This document shows positions 51,927 to 61,835 of a stretch of DNA of 64,000 bases, piece by piece. Position 1 is the stretch's first letter. Each line of letters starts with the position of its first letter. Below the pieces are notes generated by a model, which did no database searches, was not told the origin of the DNA, and saw nothing but the letters and a program-made list of their open reading frames with translations. Made by a program: the position numbers and the translations under genes. This DNA comes from Hypanus sabinus (Eukaryota), in the NCBI RefSeq assembly GCF_030144855.1, contig NW_026780455.1, positions 434,001 to 498,000 on the forward strand, written 5' to 3'.

Positions 51927-52432
51927 ATGCATCTCCCTGCTGATATGCCCCTCGCACTCATGACTTTATCTCTGACTCTCCTGGACCATTGTTAGTTTTA
52001 TTTTAATGAATTACTTTGTTACAGCGGGTCGAATCAGCTGATAGTATCACTAACTCAAAGAAGATCCCTCATCATTTGTTTCATAAAACGCGGAATAATA
52101 TGCCGTTATCAGCCACCTGACCATGAATTGTTTTCTCATGCATGTTAATCCTGTACTTGCGGCTGCACTGACTGTAGTCCTGTTCGATACCGCGGCGGCT
52201 GTTCGGCCGGGAGACCATCTCAATTTTTTGTGCAGATTAGAGGGAGGCGGCATGAGCAGCTACAATATGTACTGGTACCAGCAGTGGGTCCGCAGCGAGT
52301 TCGGCACCTGCGCCCCAGCTTTGAAACTACGGTTCGCCACTAAACTCGAAGCTGCAAAGAACCGCTTCACTCGGCAACTCAACGGCAGCGAGGAGACGGA
52401 CTCGGCGACCTACTTCTGTGCAGCGAGTTTCG
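51927..52432 (+). pseudogene. Second-family (TRDV2-like) V, probable pseudogene. Leader 51927-51990, V from 52154
   Basis: Leader MHLPADMPLALMTLSLTLLDH T|gttagt intact. Acceptor aatccag (16-kb paralog) reads aatcctg. In-frame 18-nt deletion in FR2. DSATYFCAASF kept. RSS CACGGCG-23-ACAAAAAAA at 52433-52471. Confidence 0.8.
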
Positions 52433-52935
52433 CACGGCGGCACAAGTCTACGGCCACCTCAGACAAAAAAAACTCCTCGGAATTTGGTCCATCAGAGCCT
52501 GTGCTATCCAATTTCCCACACTCACCAGCGCATGTGCAGTCAAAAAGCATTAATGTGAAAAGCAGCCATGTGAAAGGAGTATCCATTATCAAGTCACTCC
52601 GCCGTCGATGACATATTCTCAACTCGCTACTACAGTAGGGCAGTAGCTTCAAGAAACTTTAGTCTCACAACTGCAAGCTCGTCCGGAGTCACTTTCCAGG
52701 ATTGTAAAACTCACTCCTACTGTTTAATCGATTGTTAGTACATTGCACATTGATTTCATTGATTCTATTGTTTGCTTCATTGAAAATGTCGGGAAGAAAC
52801 TGAATACCGGGTAGTACAGAGAGACACATCTGTAATGTGTTATGAACTTACTTTGAAATTTGGACTTTAATCGTCGGAGGAACTAACTCCAAGCGATAGA
52901 TCCATCCACTCTTTCCCCTAACGGTTTGTGTTTAG

Positions 52936-54637
52936 TGTTACGTACCCGTGACACGTGACAGTGTTGTACTTGTCAAGTGACCGGTATGAAGCTATACTGG
53001 ACTTGAGGTAATGGTTTTGTGATGTCGGTGACATCATTTTTCCACCAGTAAGGCTCATGTGACAGGTTTATTTTTACAGGGTATAAAAGGTGGACGACAT
53101 CTTATGAGGAAGGGCAGCGCTTGGCTGGATTTGCCATGTTGACTTCTTGCCACTGCGCGATTTAATGCTATGACGCAGTTTAGTTGAAAGATGAAGTTTT
53201 TATTTAATGCCTAAAGTTTAAAAAAGTTATTGCCAGCAGTTTATTGATAATACCGCTAGTTGAGAATCACGTGAGAGGTAAGATCGGAGTTCGGGAGTTA
53301 AAAGATCGAGGAAAGTCGATTTCGACGGTGAAACAGGTTCGAAATTGTTTGATCCTCATTCGGAAGGAATTCGTTGACTGTGCTCATGTTAATCCCTGTG
53401 GATAGCAGAAAGGAATTGGATCAGTTTTGTAAAGGAAAGGTCAGAACCTTTAAGCCGTGACATCTCCGCTTCGTAAAATTCTTCGTCGTGTTACGTACTC
53501 GTGACATGACAGTGGTACCCTTGTCACATGACTGGGGTAGAAGCTATGCTGGACTTGAGGTAATGGTCTTGTGATGGTAGAATGATGTCATTTTCCCGCC
53601 AGTAGAGATCATGTGAGAGGTTTTTTTTTCAGGTTATAAAAGGAAGACCCCACCCTGTGAGGAGGGGCAGTTCGTGGCTGGATTTGCCAAGTTGACTTCA
53701 TGCCGCTGCATGATTTAATGTGATGACGCAGTTTAGTTGAAAGATGAAGTTTCATCTAATGCCTAAAGTTTAAAAGGTCATTGCCAGCAGTTTCTTTACA
53801 TTACTGCTAGTTTGAGAATCAGTGGAGAGTGAAGATCGGAATTCGGGAGTTAAAGATCGAGGAGAATCGATTTTCGACGGTGAAACGGGTTCGACCTTAT
53901 TTAATCCTTATTCGGAAGGAATTCTTTGACTGTTCTCGTGTTAATCTCTGCGGGATAGCAGAAAAGATTGAGGACAGTGTGATAAAGGAAATGTCAGTGC
54001 CTTTAAGCCGTTATGTTTCGTAATTTCTTCGTGGGAAAAGTTCGACGCCGGGGATCGAGACCAAACGACGTGAGAGAGAATTTAAATCGTCTGAAAAAGT
54101 CTCTCCCTTAAATGGACTGTGAGCATTTCTGAACTTTTGGCAATACTACTTTTAAGAACTGTTCGAACTGTATCGCTTTAAGAACTGTTTAAGCTGCCGC
54201 ACAGCCCCTGATTACTGGTTTCGTTAGTGTTTGTTTACTTTTGGGGGGTTTGTTTTCAGTGTTTAATAAACGTGTTTTTTGTTATATAAACCCTTGCCGA
54301 ACTCATATATTTATTGTTGCCTGAATACGTAACAGTGGGAAAAGTAGTTCGACTGGGTATTGCAGCAAGAAGAGGTGAAGGAGAAAATAAATCGTCTTAA
54401 AACCTCTCTCCCTTAAATGGACTGTAAGCATTTTGAACTTTTGCCATACTACTTTGAAGAACTGTTTTTGCCACATCGCTTTAAAAACTGTTTAAGCTGC
54501 TGCACTGCAGCTGATTTTCGGTTACGTGAGTGTTTTTGTTTACTTTTGGGTTTTTTTTTTCAGTGTTTAATAAACGTGTTATTTGTTATATAATCACCTG
54601 CCTCACTCACATATTTATTGTTGTTGAATCCGTAACA
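52936..54637 (+). mobile_element. Solo LTR (about 850 bp, 52936-53488 plus 54335-54637) interrupted by a second copy of the same LTR
   Basis: Ends TGTTACGT...CCGTAACA; internal TATAAAA and AATAAA; 4-bp flanks ttag/tcag. Confidence 0.8.
53489..54334 (+). mobile_element. Nested solo LTR (846 bp)
   Basis: TGTTACGTA...TACGTAACA termini; 4-bp flanks gtcg/gtgg at a site that reads ttcttcgtgggaaaag in the uninterrupted copy. Confidence 0.85.
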
Positions 54638-56347
54638 TCAGTCACATTCCCAGTTTGTCAGCGGGCCAAGCGATTATGATTGATAAATCCGTGTAGGGCG
54701 GCAAAAGCCGTTCCTTCCACGATGATGAGCTGACTCTTTAACGTATCCCATCTTAAACCTTCTCTCTTACATAGACAAACAGTCGAAATTTTAAACAACT
54801 GTTCTGGGTGAATTGGGCAAGGAATTCCTCTGACCCGACTCTCTCTGGGAAAGGCATTTCCTCCTCATCGTCGCCCTAAGTCTGCTAAGCCGTACTAAGC
54901 CGTAGGTATGCAGTCTGGATCNNNNNNNNNNNNNNNNNNNNNNNNNNNNNNNNNNNNNNNNNNNNNNNNNNNNNNNNNNNNNNNNNNNNNNNNNNNNNNN
55001 NNNNNNNNNNNNNNNNNNNNNNNNNNNNNNNNNNNNNNNNNNNNNNNNNNNNNNNNNNNNNNNNNNNNNNNNNNNNNNNNNNNNNNNNNNNNNNNNNNNN
55101 NNNNNNNNNNNNNNNNNNNNNNNNNNNNNNNNNNNNNNNNNNNNNNNNNNNNNNNNNNNNNNNNNNNNNNNNNNNNNNNNNNNNTCTCCCCTCCTCAAAT
55201 TTCTCGTTCCCCTTTCTTTTCATCATTAACCGCCTCCCTCTCACTCCTTGCCTTTCTCCCTTACCACTCTCCTATCTCCTCCTTTTCCCTCTCTCTTCCT
55301 TGCATCCCGCGCTGTCTTCCTCAACCTCTCCACTTAGCGTCGCCTTCCTCTCCATTGCTCTTCCCCCTCTCCCACATCGCTTTCTCCCAACCTCCACTTC
55401 TCCCATTCGTTTTTCGCTAGGCGTTCTCCTGGTGATATGCTGACCAATTCTAGCCTACGGAAATAGAATTAGAGTACACAGGGCTCCCTAGTACCAGAAC
55501 TGGAAGCCAACAGAAGGCGCTCTTCGAAGAAAAGTGGCGACATTGTTTTCTAATTGGGCAGCTGTAGTTTACCAACCCAGTCGGTGCATCATACCAGACC
55601 GCGTGTTCTGAACCACCAGATTCGTGTCTCACCTGAGCTCACTGCAGTTGTCTCCATCTCGAACGGATCGATTACGTGAAGCAGGAAAATTCAAGATCCA
55701 TGCAATTATATCGAACATAGCATCTCGGGAGACCGACAGAAGGATGGATACGGATAGGCACACAGATCACCAAACCACAGTCAGATAAGAGACAGATAAA
55801 TAACTCTCTAGAATTAATACATCTATGAAGACGACACGGAGACTAGTCCTCCACCAGTTATTCCCCTTTATCTGTGAATTACAACGCATAACACATTCAT
55901 CACGATCATTTCCTTTGCAATGATTTTCCCTGTTTCCGTGCAATGTCTGTCAGTAGGGTGGTGTGCCGCTGTCTGCAATTGTATTGAAGTGCCATCACAA
56001 GAGACGGACAGAAAGAAGGATAGACGTAAACGATGGTAGATATAGACATTAGGAAGTTAAGAGACAGATAAATAGCTCTCTAGTCTTAATCGATCGATGA
56101 AGAGGACACGGAAGTTAAAAGTGCACCAGGTACCAAATTTCTCCATGGACTGTGGTTTGCATCGTTTCGTTTCCTGTTTGAGAGCAATGTCTGTCAATGA
56201 GGGGGGCGGGGCGGTGGGAGGAGCTGATGAGCCAATCATAGAGAATGTGGTAGGGTTCTGTAAAATAATCTTCAGTTTTAGCCAATCATCGTTCCCAGCT
56301 TCATCGTCAAGACAGATTCGATTCCTGCTCTCCAAATCGCAATCAGG

Positions 56348-56811
56348 ATGTTCCTGATAATACCGCTGGTGGCCTGGTTCCAACGTCAGGAAACTGGGCG
56401 GAATATGGTATTGATTCCTCCGTCTCTTGGTCTCCTTTTGTGTCTCTTGCATTTCTCCAGCCACGTTTCGGTTCGATTTCATTCCTTCTCCTTATTCTCC
56501 ATCTGATCAATTTTAACCGCATTTCCTCGTCGATCAGCTCCATTTCCCATCTGCATGCTAATATTATTTTCCCTGGCGTCTGCCCCTGACATTTCTTTTT
56601 CTTGCTCTCCCCTCTCTCTCGTTCCTTCATCCTTCTCTCACTTTCTTCTCTGTCTTCTGTTCCCTACTCTCCCCACTTCCTATCGTTTTAGCAGGAATGG
56701 ACTTTGTAACAGTGAGGACTACATCACTATTCCCTCTCTTCCACTCTCTCTTCTCTATCCCCCCCTCTCTCGCTCCCCTCTCTCTCTCACTCTCCCTCTC
56801 CCCCCCCTCTT

Positions 56812-56854
<43 letters not shown>

Positions 56855-57259
56855 GTCGATCTGTTCCTCTCGCTGTCTCCCTCTTGCTCCCTCTCACCTC
56901 TGGATTACACTCAGCATCCGGAGATCTTCCTTGAATAACATCTTCTTCCCGCTTTCTGTTACTAGATGCGATTTCGATTATCCGGCAGACCCCTGTCCGT
57001 TGTTTCTCAGTCTCTCGGCGAGGCGGTGACGCTCCAATGCATCAGGGATGACGGCGTCATTTATCGACTATACTGGTACCGACAGTACCCGGGGATGGAG
57101 CCGCAGAACCTATTCTTCTCCACGGCTGCTCGAAGCGTGGCCCCGGACACGGCGGTGGAGGGGTTAACCGCCAACCGGCCGAGTAACGCCTCCTTCACTC
57201 TGAGCGCTTCTCGGCTGCAGCTGAACCACACGGCTACATATTTCTGCGGTCGTAGTCTG
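56348..57259 (+). pseudogene. TRBV: TCR Vbeta-like pseudogene. Leader 56348-56384, V exon 56966-57259, frameshift in FR1
   Basis: Leader MFLIIPLVAWFQ C|gtcagg; acceptor ttactag|AT GCG. Against the 12.1-kb paralog it has a 3-nt deletion plus a 1-nt insertion, so the leader is out of frame with TLQCIRDDG...LYWYRQ...YFCGRSL. RSS CACAGCG-23-GCAAAAACC at 57260-57298. Confidence 0.82.
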
Positions 57260-57581
57260 CACAGCGACTGACAACGACGGAAGCCTGCAGCAAAAACCCA
57301 AGTAGAGCAGATGGCGACGACAGTAATTCATAGTGCATAGTCCGAAAGGGAAAATTCACCCAGCGACACAGCAAAGGCAAGTAGCGTTATGCCTGGACAA
57401 ACAATTATTTCAATGTTTCGCACACTTCCGTTCCACTTACAGTTCCAAGGCTCTGTTGCATTCCCTTGGGTGTTCTAGCTCCCTCGGCAGAATGCAAACA
57501 TGTTGCTAGTTCCCGTAAACTGAATATTAAGATGGCCTTCTTTATCACTATTCAAATGGTGAGGATAATCGGAGAGGGTCT

Positions 57582-57595
57582 GCAGCAGGGGGCGC
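57582..57595 (+). promoter_or_regulatory. CTCF-like site (GCAGCAGGGGGCGC)
   Basis: 13/14 match. The same module with conserved flanks recurs at 6362-6378 (-), 11783-11797 (-) and 62633-62646 (+). Confidence 0.7.
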
Positions 57596-57899
57596 TGTTG
57601 AACAACGAATGCTGAATCCTCTGTCAGTAGAGTACCTCCATTTTGACAGTCTCTCCTTGTAGCTGTGGGCGTGAATCATTTTCGATCATCGGGGTGTCGT
57701 TTCCATTCACAACGTTTCCGAAGATGCTAGCTATCCTGCATAGTTTGAAATATAACTGTCACAATGAACCGATAATCATCATTCAGGCCGGCCATCGTTC
57801 CCCTGTGATATAGCTCAGTAGCTGCTTCCGTTTCCGTAATGAAGAAATGCAATACAATAAAAGAAAACAAAAAGAACAGGCATTCAATTTCCAGAAGAA

Positions 57900-59020
57900 T
57901 GTCTATTAGTTTCAACGTAATTATGGAGAAGGATAGGACTGGACCCAAGGTTGAGAATTTTGATTATAGAAAGGCAAACTTTTGAGGGTATGCGAAAGGA
58001 TTTAGAAGGAGAGAATTGGGTCAATTTGTGTTATGAGAATGATGTACTAGAGAAATTGAGGTGATTTAAAGGTGAAAATCTGAACGTAAAAAAAAAAATA
58101 TGTTCCAGTTAGGTTGAAAGGAAAGGTTGAAAGTTTGAGAGAGCTATGGTTTTCAAGGTATATTGGAAACTTGGTTCGGAAAAGGAGAGGAATCTACAAT
58201 AAATATAGGCAACATGGAGTAAATGAGGTGCTCAAAGAATATAAAGAAGGTAAAAATAATTTGAGGAAAGAAATTAGGAAAGCTAAAAGAAGAATCGAGG
58301 TTGCTTTGGCAAGTAGGGTGTAAATAAATCCAAAAGATTTCTACAGTTATAATAATAGCAAAAGGATAGTGAGGGATAAAATTGGTCCCTTAAAGAATCA
58401 GAGTGGACAGCTATGTGTGGAGCCGAAAGAGATGGGGAGATTTTGAACAATTTATTTTCTTCGGTATTCACTAAAGGGAAAGATATTGAATTGTGTAAGG
58501 TAAGGGAAACAAGTAGGGAAGGTATAGAAACTATGACGATTAAAGTGGAGGAAGTACTGGCGCTTGTAAGGAGTATAAATGTGGATAATTCTCCGGATCC
58601 TGTTAGGATATTCCCTAGGACGTTGAGGGAAGTTGGTGTAGAGATAGCAGGAACAACATTAATTACAAATGGGAATGGTTCCGGAGGATTGGCGTATTGC
58701 TCATGTGGTTCCATTGTTTAAAAAGGGTTCTCAGAGTAAAGTTAGCAATTATAGGCCTGTATGTTTGACGTCAGTGGTGGGTATATTAATGGAAAATATT
58801 CTTAGATATATATAATTATCTGTATCGACAAGGTCTGATTAGGGACAGTCAGTATGGATTTGTGCGAGGAAGGTCATGTCTTATCGAAAGTTTTGAAGAG
58901 GTTACTCGGAAGGTTGTCGAGGGTAAAGCAGTGGATGTTGTCTATGTGGTCTTCAGTAAGGCCTCTGACAAGGTTCCGCACGGAAGGTTAGTTAGGAAGG
59001 TTCGATCGTTGTATTAATAT
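57900..59020 (+). mobile_element. Decayed CR1 ORF2 fragment
   Basis: LWFSRYIGNLVRKRRGIYNKY, ILNNLFSSVFTK, NYRPVCLTSVVG. Confidence 0.75.
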
Positions 59021-59448
59021 TGTAGTAGTAAAATATATAGGTATGACAGGTACTTTAGGTATTCATATTGAAGTAGTGAAATAGTAAGTTCACTGGGGGC
59101 GAATCGCCTGGAGTTGATCGCAGGGTGGGCAGTGTCTCTCGGGGCAGAATGTAGTGCATGACTTTACTTGATTTGTGTTGCGGAGTAGTTGGAACTTTTT
59201 TCCCACGGCTATTGGCTCCCAGCTTGGAATCATCCAAACTTGTCTGTAGAGCATGTGTGGAACGCTGGTCTCATCACAGCTTGTCAGCACTGTTCACAGA
59301 GACAAAGAGGTATGTCACTACGGAAGTGACGCGATTGCCAAGGAGCCAATGGGAGAGTTGCTTTCTCAAGCCACGCGGAAAGACTTCCCCGTGAGCTAAT
59401 ACTGAGCTTCACTCGATTCCGCCCAGCGGAGGTATCTACATCCGATAA

Positions 59449-59633
59449 ATGATGCCGAGGGGCAGGCTTTGCCTCCCGCTGATAGTGGCAATGATCCCGT
59501 GTAAGTTAAAGTCACAGGTCTGGGGTCAGGGGTGTAGAATGCCCTTTGTTTACCTGCCTTTCCCGTAGACCTGTGTGTGCGATAAGAGGGAGAAAGGGAG
59601 AAAGGGAGAAAAAAGGGGGAGAGGGGTGAGTGT

Positions 59634-59685
<52 letters not shown>

Positions 59686-59821
59686 AGTTGAGAGGAATAA
59701 GGTTATTCAGCCCATTGAGCCTGATCCGCCATTCGACGAAAGTCATTGGGCAAGAATCGCGTAACACGACTACTGCACGTCGCACAGCAGTGTGAAGATT
59801 CATTCTGACGAATGGCCAGGG

Positions 59822-59857
<36 letters not shown>

Positions 59858-60251
59858 TTTTATATAATAACAAGAGCCTCTTCCTTTTGTCTACTTTTCG
59901 CGCTCTCCCGTGATGAACTGAGAGAAGTTAGAGTCTAATCGAGTTTCTCTTTTACAGGGATTCTGACAGCGTACGTGGAGCAATCGCCTTTTTCCATGTC
60001 AGTCGCAGAGGGACAGCCGGCCACACTACTGTGTACGCTCCTGAATACGGGCTATATAAATATGTATTGGCACAGACAGCGATCCGGCCGGAAAATAGAA
60101 GTTCTTTTCTATTCTCCTGGGCCAGGTTCAGCTATCAACTACTCATCTGATTCCTACGCGGCGACAAGACCCACCAACACTCTGTTTAAACTGGAACTGA
60201 GACGTGCATCGCCCACCCACTCCGACGTCTATTTCTGCGCGTGTAGTAGCG
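59449..60251 (+). CDS. TRBV: TCR Vbeta-like segment with intact coding sequence but defective RSS heptamer. Leader 59449-59500, V exon 59958-60251
   Basis: Leader MMPRGRLCLPLIVAMIP T|gtaagt; acceptor ttttacag|GG ATT CTG. Open V YVEQSPFSMSVAEG...LLC...MYWHRQ...YFCACSS. RSS CCCGGAG-23-ACAAAAACC at 60252-60290. Confidence 0.85.
59636..59853. repeat. (GA)n at about 59636-59678 and (GTT)n at about 59820-59853, in the intron of the 60-kb V
   Basis: Direct inspection. Confidence 0.9.
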
Positions 60252-60551
60252 CCCGGAGCTTGAAATAACGAGTCCCTCACTACAAAAACCGTCCATCAGG
60301 GAGCTTCAGTTGTCCTGATGAACCACTGGGTGGCAGCACATTACTGTGCTTTTCTCTTTTGTCTGGAACTGGCAACGCACGAGTTCCACACGGCTTTTAG
60401 CTTTGAATGAAGTCCGCAGTAGCATGTGCTATCTATCAAGTGCAAAGGGATTGAAAAAAATCATAGATACAATCGGTCCCAGGAATGACACAAGGCAGCG
60501 CAGTTTATGAACGGCACTCCATCCCAAATCCTGTCGGGGTCCATCCTGTGA

Positions 60552-61835
60552 ATGATTGTGCGCTGTTATCCATCTATTGTCTTCCACTGATCGCTGTCTT
60601 AATCCCCCGAATTTCAACATAACAGTGGCTCAGGGGAAAGTAACTCTTACGTACTCGTGTCACCTGACTGGTGTTGAAGCTGTACTGGACTTGAGGTAAT
60701 GGTCTTGTGATGGTGTAGTGACGTCATTTTCCCGCCAGTAGAGATCATGTGACAGGTTTTTTTTTCAGGTTATAAAAGGAAGACCCCACCCTGTGAGGAG
60801 GAGCAGTTCGTGGCTGGATTTGCCCAGTTGACTCCATGCCACTGCGTGATTTAATGTGGTGACGCAGTTTAGTTGAAAGGTGAAGTTTTATCTAATGCCT
60901 AAAGTTTAAAAGGTCATTGCCAGCAGTTTCTTTACGATTCTGCTAGTTCGAGAAATCGGTTGAGAGTGAAAATCGGAGATCGGGAGTTAAAGATCGAGGA
61001 GAATCGATTTCTACGGTGAAGCGGGGGCGTCCTTTGTTTGATCCTTATTTGGAAGGATTTCGTTGACTATACACGCTTTAATCCCTGGGATTACCTGAAA
61101 GGATGGAAGATAGTGAGGAAGGAAAGTTCAGTACCTTTAAGCCGTTTCGTTTCGTAAATTCTTCGTGGGAGCTTCGACGTCGGGGATCGAAGCAAAGCGA
61201 CGTGAAAGAGAATTTAAATCGTCTTATAACGTCTCTCCTTTTAAATGGACTGTGAGCATATCGAAGTTTTGGCAATACCACTTTATAGAACTGTTTTTGC
61301 AATACGCTTTAAGAACTGTTTGAGCTGCCGCACTTCAGTTGATTTCCGGTTACGTTAATGTTTGTTTACTTTTTTTTTGGGGGGGGGGGTTGTTTTCTGT
61401 GTTTAATAAACGTTTTCTTTGTTATAAAAACCCTTGCTGAACTCATATATTTATTGTTGCCTGAATACGTAACAATGCATAGATAAAAGGCTACATTTCG
61501 TTAAGAGAATTTGGACCCTAATGTGTTTCCTTCTCACCGGGATTCTGGCTGCATACGTGGAGCAGTTGCCCCCTTCACCGTCTGTTGGAATGGGTCATGC
61601 AAGCACAGTCAATGCAAGCTGCTAGATCCTGGCTTCCGGCATGTGCATTGCCACAGACAAAGATCCGGCGGGACAAGAGAAATCTTTTCAACTCTGCTGG
61701 GAACGATCTCGTGACAGTTACACGTCGGATTGTCACGTGGCAACAGTTCACATCCGGCAGAGCGTTGTTTGAACTGCAACTGAAATACTCTTCGCACTCT
61801 CATTCTGTCACCCATTTATGTTACAGTGTCGTCCA
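60552..61835 (+). pseudogene. TRBV: Decayed TCR Vbeta-like pseudogene (EQSP family) with a solo LTR in its intron
   Basis: Leader remnant CLPLIAVLIP with donor changed to gaattt (about 60608). Acceptor cacag changed to caccg (61539). ILAAYVEQLP...CKLL...HRQRSG...LFNSAG...FELQL...HSVTHLC with several frameshifts. Confidence 0.7.
60645..61474 (+). mobile_element. Third solo LTR of the same family
   Basis: Collinear with 53489-54334; ends TACGTAACA; 5' TG reads TC; no clear target-site duplication. Confidence 0.8.

Noticed and set aside
3479-55420. ORFs spanning N-gaps and low-complexity ORFs (LSLSLS, ERERER)
   Set aside because: Artefacts of gaps and CT/GA microsatellites.
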